From Planctomycetota bacterium (GTDB lineage: Bacteria; Planctomycetota; JAJSAM01; JAJVHW01): DNA of 64,000 nt. The notes beneath the pieces are model-generated. The model was given only the letters and a program-made list of their open reading frames with translations, was not told where the DNA came from and ran no database searches. Shown piece after piece: positions 10,580-20,538 of the stretch; the first letter of the stretch is position 1, and each line of letters opens with the position of its first letter. Made by a program: the position numbers and the translations under genes. The stretch lies in NCBI GenBank assembly GCA_965248445.1, contig CBDFJG010000004.1, positions 1,920,001 to 1,984,000 on the forward strand, read 5' to 3'.

Positions 10580-10885
10580 ATGAGCGTCCAAAACGACGAG
10601 AACCTTGCGGAAGGGTACCTGGTCCGGCTGAGCGGGCGCGTCTGGGGGATCGCCCTCGGACTGTGCTTCGGGATCGGACTCTTCGTGTTGACCAACATCC
10701 TCGTGCTGAAGGGCGGCGAGGACATGGGGACGCACCTGGGGCTGCTGAGCCAGTACTTCTACGGCTACGAGATCGACTTCGTCGGGAGCTTGATCGGTTT
10801 CGCGTACGCGTCCGTCGTGGGCTTTGCGATCGGCTGGGGAGTCTGCCAGATCTACAACCTCGCTTCGCGCAGTCGGTCGCGGTGA
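10580..10885 (+). CDS. Small membrane protein, paralog of 8910-9302
   Basis: GGAGAG RBS; hydrophobic; LLSQYFYGYEIDFVGSLIGFAY. Confidence 0.75.
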   Translation: MSVQNDENLAEGYLVRLSGRVWGIALGLCFGIGLFVLTNILVLKGGEDMGTHLGLLSQYFYGYEIDFVGSLIGFAYASVVGFAIGWGVCQIYNLASRSRSR

Positions 10886-10986
10886 CCGCGATCGCCTGGT
10901 TGTAGGGTGCATGGAGTTCGTCGCACTGACTCGGTAGCGCACCGAGCGGCGACGGCTATGCGAGCGTTTTGGGGGGGAGGCGAGGG

Positions 10987-12555
10987 GTGAACGACGCTGC
11001 GGAGCTACCTGACAGCGCGACATCGAGCCCTGCGCTCGTCACGCCGCCGGCACGCCCGCATCGCTGGTTCACCGTGTCCCTCGCGGTCCTGCTCGCGCTC
11101 ACGATCGTGGCGCGATTCTTCGCGATCGAGGCCGATGCGCCGTACGCCATCATCTCGCACTCCGGCACATTCCTCACGGACGAGGGCTGGTACACCAAGA
11201 GCGCCCAGCTGCATACCAGGTTCGGTGTCTGGTGCAACGCCGAGGACTTCTGCTGGTACTCGCACAGCTTCTTGGCCACGCTGCTCCAGCGTGCCGCATT
11301 CGGGATTCTCGGGACGGGTCTGGCGACCGCGCGGCTGCTCTCGATCCTCGGATCCGTGATTGCACTGGCGTCCTTGTACGGTATCGCTCGTACCACGCAG
11401 CCACGGGTCATGGCCCTGGTGACCTGCCTGCTGGTCTCGTTGACCCTGCACAATCTCGCGTACTCTCGATTGGCGCTGCTCGAGCCCGTCGGAGTCGGCT
11501 TCTCTCTCGCGGCGCTCTACTTCTGGGTTCGGTTTCCTCGATCGATCGTCGCCGCAGGTGGCGCGATCGCACTGGCAGGCGCAGCGTTCCTCGTCAAGTT
11601 TGCGTTCGCATACTCGTTGATCGCCGCGGGCCTGCTCGTGCTGGGCGACGCCGTCGCGTGCTTCCACCGCGGCGCACGGGGGAGAGCCGCTGCATACGCC
11701 TGCGTCGCCGTGATCGGCTGCCTCGCCGTGTACTCCGTGCACACCGGAGTGGTGAACTGGTCCGCCGGCGACGGTGAGACGTTCGCTGCCTTCCACATCG
11801 CTGGTCGCGTCGAGATGGCGCAGAGCTTGCGCATCATCCTCTATGAGTTGAAGTCGCTCTACACCGTGATGTACAAGACCGGTGCGACTACGCTCACCTG
11901 CTCCCTCGTGGGTGGCGCCCTGTTTCTTCTGATCAAGCAGCGACTGACCGTGCGCACTTTCCGGCGCCGCTGGTCTCGAGCGACATTGGCACTGCTGCTC
12001 TGGGGCGTCGGCGGCGTGACGCTGTTCGGGCTGTTTCGCGGTCAGCCTCCGCGGTACTACTACTTTGCCCTCTTCCCGCTGGTGTACGCCACTGTGATGG
12101 TGACCGGTGAAGTGGTCGGCAAGCGGCACTGGAGGCTGGCCTGCTTGTTCCTCCTGTTCCTGCATGTCACAGTGCAGCTGCCGGGCTACGAGCGGTGGCT
12201 GCGCCGCGATGATCTTCACACCGGCGCGAATTCGGCGCGGCAGATCGTGGCGCGGATCCACGCCCACAACACGACGGGAGAACCCGTGGTGCTGTTGGGC
12301 GGCATTGCGTCGTACGTGACTCTGTTCGATGATCGCATTCGATCGATCGAGTTCAATCCCTGGGAGGGACTGACGGCTCGCCTGCGGCGGTGGCGGCCGC
12401 GATACATGATCGTGGAGCCTTCGCGACTCCCTCAGTTCGAGGAGTTTTCGCCTGGCGTCATCGCCAAGATGGAACTGCTCGAGAGCTACCGGATCATGGA
12501 GAACTACTACACCGGCGAGGACTTCGGACTCTATGTGGTCGCATACTCCGAGTGA
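10987..12555 (+). CDS. GT-C fold membrane glycosyltransferase (GT39/ArnT-like)
   Basis: TDEGWY after the first TM, ARLLS, SRLALLEP, K, PPRYYY; many TM helices. Confidence 0.75.
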   Translation: MNDAAELPDSATSSPALVTPPARPHRWFTVSLAVLLALTIVARFFAIEADAPYAIISHSGTFLTDEGWYTKSAQLHTRFGVWCNAEDFCWYSHSFLATLLQRAAFGILGTGLATARLLSILGSVIALASLYGIARTTQPRVMALVTCLLVSLTLHNLAYSRLALLEPVGVGFSLAALYFWVRFPRSIVAAGGAIALAGAAFLVKFAFAYSLIAAGLLVLGDAVACFHRGARGRAAAYACVAVIGCLAVYSVHTGVVNWSAGDGETFAAFHIAGRVEMAQSLRIILYELKSLYTVMYKTGATTLTCSLVGGALFLLIKQRLTVRTFRRRWSRATLALLLWGVGGVTLFGLFRGQPPRYYYFALFPLVYATVMVTGEVVGKRHWRLACLFLLFLHVTVQLPGYERWLRRDDLHTGANSARQIVARIHAHNTTGEPVVLLGGIASYVTLFDDRIRSIEFNPWEGLTARLRRWRPRYMIVEPSRLPQFEEFSPGVIAKMELLESYRIMENYYTGEDFGLYVVAYSE

Positions 12556-12618
12556 ATGCAACGCGGCTCTCGTGCACGAGTGCAGAACAGGCCGAGAATA
12601 CGCGCCGCCCGCGAGGCG

Positions 12619-13119
12619 TCAATCCTCGACGACGTGCGTGGCGAACTCGTCGCGGTAGCGGTTCCACTGCGCGGTGTCGAAGGTGCCATCGCTGAGGCAG
12701 TCCACGGCCGCATAGGCCATGTAGAGCGCGTGGTGCGTATTGTCGTGCGCGAAGAGGCCCTGCCTGCCGTAGCTGAGCAGGCGGTCGATCTTGGACACGT
12801 ACGCGTCGACAGTCGCGAGCGGCTCCTCGTATCCCGTCAGGTAGATCGGGTACGCGTGGGACAGGCGTTTGACGTGCACGGAAACTGGAGGCCGCGCCAA
12901 CGGCAGGCCGGCGCTGGCCAGGTCGTCCGCCACCAGAGTCGCGAGGTCCTCGTCGCTGGCGGTCCAGTGTTCGTCGCCTGTGGAACACGGTAGCTCAGCG
13001 CACACGACCGTGCGCCCTCGGGGCTCGTCGCGGGCCGCGTAGTTCTTCGTCTCCGACAGTCGGGTTATCCGGATGTCGGCTCCTGGGAAGTAGTGCGCGT
13101 CGTACTCGGTGAAATGCTG
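12619..13119 (-). pseudogene. C-terminal part of a second FAD-dependent oxidoreductase
   Basis: HFTEYDAHYFP, AYPIY and GRQGLFAHDNTHH motifs, paralogous to 3097-4623. Confidence 0.85.
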
Positions 13120-14033
13120 CGGAGGTGGACCTGCCGGCGTCGGTGCGGCGTACCAGCTTGCAAAGACCGGTTCTGCAGAGGCGGTGGTCCTCGAGCGCGC
13201 CGGATACGTTGGCGGCAACGCCGGCAGCTTCGACTGGAACTCCCATCGCCTGGACTTCGGCAGCCACCGGCTCCATCCAGCCTGCGATCCGGGCGTGCTC
13301 GCAGACATCCAGAAGCTGCTCGGGGACGCTCTGCGGGATCGACCGCGGCACGGCCGTATCCGACTCCTGGGACGCTGGGTTCACTTCCCGCTCAAGCCGG
13401 TCGATCTCCTCCTGCACGCGCACCCCGCGTTCGCGGCGGGCGCAGTCAAGGACGCGATCGCCCGCGTCCTGCCCCAGAAGCCGGTTGCCGAGGAGTCGTT
13501 CGGCTCCGTCCTGAACGGGAGTCTCGGTCCGACCATCTGCCGGCACTTCTACTTCCCCTACGCCCGCAAGATCTGGGGGCATGCGCCCGAGGAACTCTCC
13601 GCCATCCAGGCGCGGCGCCGCGTTTCGGCGAGTTCGTTCGGGAAGATCCTGCGCAAGGTCCTGACCCAGGTGCCGGGACTCAAGCCGCCCGGATCGGGCC
13701 GCTTCTTCTACCCGCGCAACGGGTTCGGCAGCATCTCGGAGGCGTACGCGAGCGCCGCACGTGAGCACGGAGCCGACATTCGCATGGGTCACACGGTGAC
13801 TGCAGTGACACGGCCCGAAACCCCGGATGAGCCCTGGCGTGTCACGGCGGAGGCGGACGGCCGTTCGATCGAGCTGACCGGGGATCACATCTGGTCGACC
13901 ATTCCGGTGACGATCCTCGCGCGACTGATGCGCCCCGCGGCACCGCGGCACCGGAGGCCGTGCTCCGGGCCACGAGCGCCATCTCGTATCGAGCAATGGT
14001 GCTGGTCTACCTCGAGTTGGATGTCCAGCATTT
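13120..14033 (+). pseudogene. N-terminal part of the same oxidoreductase, inverted, start codon missing, with an internal 8-bp duplication
   Basis: GGGPAG, LDFGSHRLH and FFYP motifs; ends ...LELDVQHF, continuing into HFTEYD on the opposite strand. Confidence 0.85.
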
Positions 14034-15533
14034 GTAACCGTTCACCCCTTGACAGCGTGTGAGCCTCAGCGTGCGACGGGCAGCGGGACCATGACGGGCG
14101 GGTCGGCGCCGGTGAGGTGCGCGGCGACCGAGTCGGCGAGGAAGTCGAAGACTTGGTCGCCACGGCGTCGCAGCGTGGCCGCGGCGGTCAACACGCGCTC
14201 GGCGAAGCGGAGTCCGCGAGCGGACTGGCTTCCGAAGGAGCCCTTGCGCCAGAGCACCGCTTTGCGGACCGCGCGCTCGGCGGCGTTGTTCGTCGGACTC
14301 ACGTCCTGGGTCCGCGCATAGGTGAAGAGGGCGACCACGCGGGGGCGCAGATGGTTGGCCAGAGCCGAGTCGTCGTTCGCGATCAGTCGCTCGAGCCGTC
14401 CGCGCAGCACAGCGGCTTCGCCTTGCAGCCGGTCACGGTCGCCGTGCTCACCGAAGAGCCGGTAGCTGCGCATGACCGACTGCGCGATCATGACGCCCTT
14501 GTTGCCGAAGCGGCGATGTCCTCGCGGGCCTTCGGCCAGCGCACGGAAGGCGCGCTCGATGTGCGCCCAGCAGAGCTGGCGGCGGGCAAGTGGGTGTGAC
14601 TCGTAGGCACCCATCCGGTCGCTGATCACCGTGCCACCGAAGCGCCGCCCGATCAGCCGCCCTTTCGCCTTGGCACTGCGGCGGCGATCGATCCCGAAGG
14701 CTGTGGCGTGCTCGCTCTCCGCCGCCCACAGCCAGCACACCCGGCCCCGTTCCTTCCACGACGTCTCGTCCACGTTGGCTCGCAGCGACGTGCGGACTGC
14801 CCCGAGGGCTTCGAGGTACGACGAGTGCAGAGCGTCACTGAGCCGACGCTCACAGTCGCTGATCTTGCCCAGCGACATCTTCACACCGAAGATCTCACCG
14901 AGCAGCCGCTGCGTCTCCCGCACGCTCACGCGGTACACGCCGCGCAGCGCGCCGGCAAGTGTGGTCAGCCGCGGACCGAAGGCCCCGGTCGGCACGCCAT
15001 CGGGCAGGACCGCCGTCGTGACCGCACGACAGCGCCGGCACCGCGCCTTGTGCAGCCGGTGCTCCCGCACCGTGACGAGCACGCGCGGGAGCACCGTCAC
15101 CTGGTGCCGGTACGGATCGCCGATGCCCTGCTCGAGATCGTCGTGTCCGCACGCGTCGCAGAGGTCGGGACGGTGCTCCTTGGTCTCATCGACGTTGGAC
15201 GGATCCACCAGCTCGCGCGCCGTGCCCTCATGGCCCGGCTGTCCGCCCTGCTGGCGACCGCTACGCGGCCTTCGGCCGCGACGGCGCTTGGACCACGCCG
15301 GGTCCGACGACGGAGGCCTCGAGCTGTTGCGGGAGTCACGCTTCAGACGCGACTCGAGCTCGTCGATGCGGCGCAGATGCTTCGCTTCGCGACGCTCCAG
15401 CTCCTCGATCCAGGCCAGAAGGCCCTCGACCATCGCCCGCAGATCCTCGTCCTGCCGCTCGCCCACAACCTCTTGATCGACCGATGGCCGAACGATCTGG
15501 ATCCTGGCTCGCGACGAAGGGGTGAACGGTTAC
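14034..15533 (-). mobile_element. IS66-family single-ORF element, variant A copy 1 (1500 bp)
   Basis: 17-bp perfect IRs GTAACCGTTCACCCCTT; flanks CAGCATTT / GAGTCCGC (no direct target duplication). Confidence 0.93.
14066..15466 (-). CDS. IS66 TnpC-type transposase (variant A)
   Basis: NSSRPPSSD, GGQPGH, CxxC zinc motifs, DETSW, SDR, QLCWAH, PTNNAAERAVR. Confidence 0.93.
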   Translation of the reverse strand: MGERQDEDLRAMVEGLLAWIEELERREAKHLRRIDELESRLKRDSRNSSRPPSSDPAWSKRRRGRRPRSGRQQGGQPGHEGTARELVDPSNVDETKEHRPDLCDACGHDDLEQGIGDPYRHQVTVLPRVLVTVREHRLHKARCRRCRAVTTAVLPDGVPTGAFGPRLTTLAGALRGVYRVSVRETQRLLGEIFGVKMSLGKISDCERRLSDALHSSYLEALGAVRTSLRANVDETSWKERGRVCWLWAAESEHATAFGIDRRRSAKAKGRLIGRRFGGTVISDRMGAYESHPLARRQLCWAHIERAFRALAEGPRGHRRFGNKGVMIAQSVMRSYRLFGEHGDRDRLQGEAAVLRGRLERLIANDDSALANHLRPRVVALFTYARTQDVSPTNNAAERAVRKAVLWRKGSFGSQSARGLRFAERVLTAAATLRRRGDQVFDFLADSVAAHLTGADPPVMVPLPVAR

Positions 15534-15596
15534 GAGTCCGCGGGATCAGTCGTCATCTGCTCGCAAGAGCCGAGGCACTTTGGTCCTTCGCCGACG

Positions 15597-17128
15597 GTAC
15601 CCGTTCAGGGTATGACGATCCGCGGCCTCAGCGCGTGATCGGGAGCGCGACGAGAGCCGGCGGCGAGCGGTTGTGCGCGAGTGCCGCGCTGACGTCTGCG
15701 AGGTAATCGAAGACGCTCTCGCCACGCTGGCGGAGCGTGGCGGTGACGGTCAGGATGCGCTCGACGAAGCGGAGTCCGCGCTCGCTCTGACTTCCGTGCG
15801 TTGCGCGTCTCCACAGGACCGGCTTGCGCACCGCGCGCTCAGCGGCGTTGTTCGTCGGGGAGACGCCAGGGACGTCGGCGAAGGTCCACAGAGCCTCCGC
15901 TCGGTCGAGCAGATGCCGAGTCGTTCCGCGTACTCGGCGGTGCTTGCTGTCTGCGCCGCGCACGAGCAGCGTCAGGAGTCGGTCCCATGTGAGACGCAGC
16001 TCACGCCGCATGCGGTCGCGGTCCCCGTGCTCGCCGAAGTGACGCTGAGCTCGCATGACAGCCTGGGCGAGACGCACGGCCTGCTTGCCGAAGCGCCGGC
16101 CGCCGCGCGAGCCCTCGGCCAGCGCTCGAAAGTCCCTCTCGAGATGCGCCCAGCAGATCTGGCGGCGCTCGGTGGGATGCTGGTCGTAAGCGCCCATACG
16201 GTCGGTCACGAGGACGCCCCTGAAGCGCTTGCCCACGAGTCGCCGCATGGCCTTGGCGCTCCTGCGCCGATCGATACGATGGACCGTGGCGTGCTCACAG
16301 ACCGCGCTCCACAGCCAATGCAGCGTGCCACGACGCGACCACGGTGTCTCGTCTACATAGGCGACGCTGCTCGTGCGTACGGCCCCGAGGGCCTCGATGT
16401 GCGCTGAGGAGATGGCTCCCGACACCCGCTCCTCGATCGCACTGACCGTGCCCGGTGACATCGAGACGCCGATGACGTCACGCAACAGACGACTGGTCTC
16501 GCGCCGCGACAGGCGGAAGACGCCGACCAGAGCCGCGGTGAGCGCACAGAGTCGCGGGCCGAAGGGACTCGCCGTCACACCGCTTGGCAGCGAGGCAGTG
16601 GACGTGGCGCCACAGTCCGTGCACCGTGCCCGGTGCAACCGGTGCTCGGTCACCTGGATCAGCCGTGGCGGGACCTCGAAGACCTGCTGGCGTGTCGGGG
16701 CGCGATCGATCGGGACGAGCACGTCGCTCCCACACGCGCTGCACTCGCGCGGGCGGTGGTCCTCTACGCCATCGACCTCGGACTCGTCCACGAGCTTGCG
16801 CGTCGCCCCTTTGTGGCCGGGCTGCGCACCCTGGCGCTTGTCCGACGGCGGCTTGCGCCGCCGCCGCTTCTTGGACCACGACGGATCCGAGGACGGTGGG
16901 CGCGAGGAGGTGCGGGAGTCCCGGCGAAGACGGCTCTCGAGATCGTCGATCCGTGCCGCCTGCCGCTCGATCACCTCCGCCTGCTCGGCAATCGTCTCGT
17001 CCCGAGCGTCCAGACGACGGGTCAGGCGCTCGACCAGATCACGCAGCTCATCGGTGCCCACATCCGATTCATCGACCGAACGGAAAGCGATCTGGATCCG
17101 AGCTCAGAACCAAGGGCTGAACGGGTAC
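15597..17128 (-). mobile_element. IS66 variant C, complete
   Basis: IRs GTACCCGTTCAG; 8-bp target duplication CGCCGACG (15589-15596 / 17129-17136). Confidence 0.95.
15628..17061 (-). CDS. IS66 transposase (variant C)
   Basis: TSSRPPSSD, DETPW, QICWAH, PTNNAAERAVR. Confidence 0.93.
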   Translation of the reverse strand: MGTDELRDLVERLTRRLDARDETIAEQAEVIERQAARIDDLESRLRRDSRTSSRPPSSDPSWSKKRRRRKPPSDKRQGAQPGHKGATRKLVDESEVDGVEDHRPRECSACGSDVLVPIDRAPTRQQVFEVPPRLIQVTEHRLHRARCTDCGATSTASLPSGVTASPFGPRLCALTAALVGVFRLSRRETSRLLRDVIGVSMSPGTVSAIEERVSGAISSAHIEALGAVRTSSVAYVDETPWSRRGTLHWLWSAVCEHATVHRIDRRRSAKAMRRLVGKRFRGVLVTDRMGAYDQHPTERRQICWAHLERDFRALAEGSRGGRRFGKQAVRLAQAVMRAQRHFGEHGDRDRMRRELRLTWDRLLTLLVRGADSKHRRVRGTTRHLLDRAEALWTFADVPGVSPTNNAAERAVRKPVLWRRATHGSQSERGLRFVERILTVTATLRQRGESVFDYLADVSAALAHNRSPPALVALPITR

Positions 17129-17474
17129 CGCCGACGTGCCGGGTGTCTCCCCGACCAACAACATCGCCGAGCGCGCCGTGCGCAAACCAGTGCTCTGGCG
17201 CCGCGGCACCCACGGCAGCCAGAGCGAGCGAGGACTGCGCTTCGTCGAGCGCATCTTGACCGTCACCGCCACCTGCCGGCAGCGCGGCGACAACGTCTTC
17301 GACTACCTCGTCGCCGCGTCGCCGCCACCAGCGCCGCCGGGCTCGGGCAACCGCCGCCGACTCTCGTCGCGCTGCCGATCAGTCGCTGAGCACGGGGCTG
17401 CTCACTCATGACCTGAACAGGTACGCGCGGCGGGGCCTTTTCTGAGTTGTACGTAGATCCTCAGTTCGTGGCTG

Positions 17475-17915
17475 CTACGGGCACTCACACCACCAGGTTG
17501 AGTTTATCCCCTGGAGCGCGCTGTTCGGCTCGCAGTCGTTGGGGCAACCCCGCTCTTGACACCATGGCTGGAAAGTGCCGACAGGCATTCCGGCGGGCGT
17601 GAAGAACATCAGGTTGCACAGCGTTGCCGTGTCGCCCTGCGGCGTCGAGAACATGCCGGTGTTGTGGTCGAAGCAGATGCAGTAGGCAAGCGTGTTCCCC
17701 GTTGTCGGGTTCGTGACGTTGACCTCGAAGCAGTCAACGTTGGGGCCAACGCATGAGCCAAGGCAGTTGAGAGGCGGAGTTCCGGCACCGCCAAGCGGCA
17801 TTGTGGCACCCGCCGAGTAGCAGTCACCGGGGTTACCCGCAAGCGCGACGCTCCCGAATGACCAAGCAACCACGAACATCGCGATCATCGCCACGAACGC
17901 TAATGTGAATCTCAT
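17475..17915 (-). CDS. Secreted 12-cysteine protein of unknown function
   Basis: GGAGGTG RBS; Sec signal ending VALA; about 120-aa mature part with 12 Cys ending WWCECP. Confidence 0.8.
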   Translation of the reverse strand: MRFTLAFVAMIAMFVVAWSFGSVALAGNPGDCYSAGATMPLGGAGTPPLNCLGSCVGPNVDCFEVNVTNPTTGNTLAYCICFDHNTGMFSTPQGDTATLCNLMFFTPAGMPVGTFQPWCQERGCPNDCEPNSALQGINSTWWCECP

Positions 17916-17948
17916 AATCACCTCCAGTGTTCCAAAACAAAAGATACG

Positions 17949-18329
17949 TCAGGTCGTCTGCTCGGTGTCTCCTACGATTGAGAGCGCACAACCGCTCAGC
18001 CCGAGCGAAAGCAACAGCGCCGATATTGCAAGGCGTAGCGGTGGAGCGACGCTCACGGCCCCGAAACACCCGCATCCAGCTGCCGAGGCAGCGCCGCTCT
18101 GCTGCTCCACGACTTGCCACGCCACAAAGCCTGTGCCCAGCAAAGCCAAGCCGATGAACCCAACGCCCCGACTGCGCGGCAACAAGATGAGAGCGGCCAC
18201 CGCGGCTTCAACACACCCCACCGTCAACGCCAGAGCGCCCCCCGTCCCGGAGCGGAACTTCAGCCACACGATTATTGACAGGATAGCGATAGCCACGATC
18301 GATACGGAAGTGCGTGCCGCGAGTTTCAC
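17949..18329 (-). CDS. MauE/DoxX-family redox-associated membrane protein
   Basis: 3-4 TM helices, K in TM1, VE in TM2, GCGCFG motif. Confidence 0.75.
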   Translation of the reverse strand: MKLAARTSVSIVAIAILSIIVWLKFRSGTGGALALTVGCVEAAVAALILLPRSRGVGFIGLALLGTGFVAWQVVEQQSGAASAAGCGCFGAVSVAPPLRLAISALLLSLGLSGCALSIVGDTEQTT

Positions 18330-19312
18330 TATTCGAACGCCCTTGCCACGGCAGCGTCCGCCTCACTTCGAATAGACTCCAGGTTCCCGATCCCCTGGTC
18401 TAGATCCTGATCCTCACCGCGCCTGACCAACCATAGTCTGCCAAGCTGGACTCTGAACGCCACGACGTCCTCATCGACGGGTCTGGCACTGCCGCCTCTA
18501 GCAGCCTCTGCCACGGCCGCGAAAAGCCGATGCCGGGCACGCTGAAGCTCGTCGCCCCACTCGAAGAACAGCTTCTCAAGCTCCGCTCTACGAACAGGGT
18601 CCATTCGGTCCAGTCGTTCGCCGTGATGCAGCGCGGTTTGCTCTGGCGCCGTGAGAACCGGGATGCGGCTGAACATACCCGAGTCGGCGCCGATGAGAGC
18701 TTCGAATAGCCCGGCAGAACGGTACCCCAGGGACTGGAACCCGCCTCGGCTAAGAGGAGTAGGGCGCCTGAAGTTGGCCCTGCCCAGCCTCCGTATCAAG
18801 GACGTTCTGTCTTCGTAGATCAAGCGATCGGAGCCATTCTCACCGACGGTCTGAAGATACTCAGCTGGCGAAGCATGCAGCGGTCGCACGGCTACGTCAT
18901 CGTACGTCGCCCGAAACAGCTGTACAGCCTGTGTTCCCGCAACGACTTCGTAAATCGCCTGACGCGGACCTACTGCTTGGTCGATCTCCGGTGCCTCGCC
19001 TGATCGGGCCAGCTCTGCCCCGGTGCTCACATCAGGAGGTGCATCGTCTGCTGATGGAGGCCCTGCACTATCGCCTCCTGGGGTGGCGCCACTCGACTCT
19101 CCTTGGATTAGTTCCGTAGCCTCGGTGTCCGCTTGCTCCTGCTCTCCGGACGGGGGCTCCTCGACGCTGGAGGTACGGTCGATATCTCGCAAAGCATCGA
19201 CAACGTCGGTTCGCCCTTCGGATAGCGCGATCTCGACGCCCATTCGAGCTGAGATGCCGGCGGCAAACAGTGTCAATCCACCGACAACAGCCAGAATGAC
19301 GGCCTTACTCAT
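18329..19312 (-). CDS. N-terminally anchored hypothetical protein
   Basis: Hydrophobic N-terminus, acidic/Pro linker; stop and start overlap both neighbours. Confidence 0.7.
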   Translation of the reverse strand: MSKAVILAVVGGLTLFAAGISARMGVEIALSEGRTDVVDALRDIDRTSSVEEPPSGEQEQADTEATELIQGESSGATPGGDSAGPPSADDAPPDVSTGAELARSGEAPEIDQAVGPRQAIYEVVAGTQAVQLFRATYDDVAVRPLHASPAEYLQTVGENGSDRLIYEDRTSLIRRLGRANFRRPTPLSRGGFQSLGYRSAGLFEALIGADSGMFSRIPVLTAPEQTALHHGERLDRMDPVRRAELEKLFFEWGDELQRARHRLFAAVAEAARGGSARPVDEDVVAFRVQLGRLWLVRRGEDQDLDQGIGNLESIRSEADAAVARAFE

Positions 19313-20276
19313 TGAAGAACTCATCTAGTAAGGCCGCAAATCGATCTCGTAGTTCTGTGATGTCAGATGCCGCCTCCCGGACACGCGGCGTCGATCTATC
19401 GTCACACAAGTAGAGTTGTCGATCGATCACGGCGTATCCAACCGCGTGTGTGGATGCTGTCGTATCCACGGCCAGTGTATCCAGCGACTCGAACACGGCC
19501 ACCAACTCGTCACGCCGGCGCTCCGCGAGGTTCTGCAAGTCGCGCAGCAGACGCTCTCGTACTGCCGGGTCGAGGGCTCGCCCGCGCTGCTCTTCTTCCC
19601 ATGCGATGGACTGATCCGCGGATGCGATCGGAAGAAAGTCCCTGCCAGACACACTCTCGTAGCCGCGCCAGTACTGGATCTCTTCGTCAGTCAGAGATCC
19701 CACGATTTGGAAACGCGCGCTGTCCCACGGAGCTGGACCCGTGCGCTCTAGTCTCGCGACATTGCTGCGCCAGAAGCGAAGGTGGAGCGGTTCGGTGACG
19801 CCGAGTGCCGTCCTTGCCCTCTTGGTGAATGTGTCGGTTGCGTTCTTATCCTTGTTCAGAACGAACTTGACCATGACATCCGACATGCACTGTTCGGTCG
19901 CGACCACGCTACCGTCTTGCCACGCGCTAGAAGGGGCGCGCGACTCCCAAGGGTGCTTGAGTGCCACCTCGGAAATCGCCGGGTCCTGGCGAGCGTGGTC
20001 GCCCTCGGTCGTGTCTTCGCCTTCGGCTTCGCCGACGCGGTCGGAGCCCTGCACTGCTCGCTCGACGCGACGTCGCCGGCCATCGCCTTGCGCCGCGTCA
20101 TAGACTCGGCTTGCCGCATCTCCGGATGGAGGCGCCTTGTCCGTGACAGGGTCCGGACTTGAGCCGGCGGGTGGGTCGCCGTCAAGCCAGATAATCAACT
20201 GTCCGATGAGGACACCGAGCAGGAACACGCCAACAGCGAACACGACTCTCGCCGCCGGAGTATGAGGAGTCCACAT
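19305..20276 (-). CDS. N-terminally anchored hypothetical protein, probable paralog of 18329-19312
   Basis: GGAAGGA RBS; TM at N-terminus; similar C-terminal region. Confidence 0.7.
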   Translation of the reverse strand: MWTPHTPAARVVFAVGVFLLGVLIGQLIIWLDGDPPAGSSPDPVTDKAPPSGDAASRVYDAAQGDGRRRRVERAVQGSDRVGEAEGEDTTEGDHARQDPAISEVALKHPWESRAPSSAWQDGSVVATEQCMSDVMVKFVLNKDKNATDTFTKRARTALGVTEPLHLRFWRSNVARLERTGPAPWDSARFQIVGSLTDEEIQYWRGYESVSGRDFLPIASADQSIAWEEEQRGRALDPAVRERLLRDLQNLAERRRDELVAVFESLDTLAVDTTASTHAVGYAVIDRQLYLCDDRSTPRVREAASDITELRDRFAALLDEFFNE

Positions 20277-20538
20277 GGCGGTTCCTTCCATCCGAGCCCT
20301 GTTCGTCCCCGCCCGAGACCACGCTGCGATCGGCAGTCCAGACTGTGCGGAGGTGCGGAGACGCACTCTTTCACCGGGGAGCATATCAGGGAGTGCGTGC
20401 CGGTCTGCCGGTCAAGAGGACAGCGGAGTGGGAGATGCGTCGAGATGGGAGCGTAGACCTCGTCACAGGAGACAAGAAGGGGCTGCCCTTGATCGACTGA
20501 GAGCCCTCGGCGGCCTCTTGGACCTCCGCTCAACTCAA

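Larger units (their letters stand above)
15534..17424 (+). mobile_element. 3' remnant of IS66 variant B, truncated by A1 and interrupted by variant C
   Basis: 15534-15596 plus 17137-17424 match 43511-43853 almost exactly; ends CTGAACAGGTAC; extra 8-bp duplication at 17309-17324. Confidence 0.9.

Noticed and set aside
17475..17915. Cys-rich protein as methylamine dehydrogenase small subunit (mauA)
   Set aside because: No Tat signal, Cys spacing does not match what I recall for MauA, and no large subunit or MauG is nearby.
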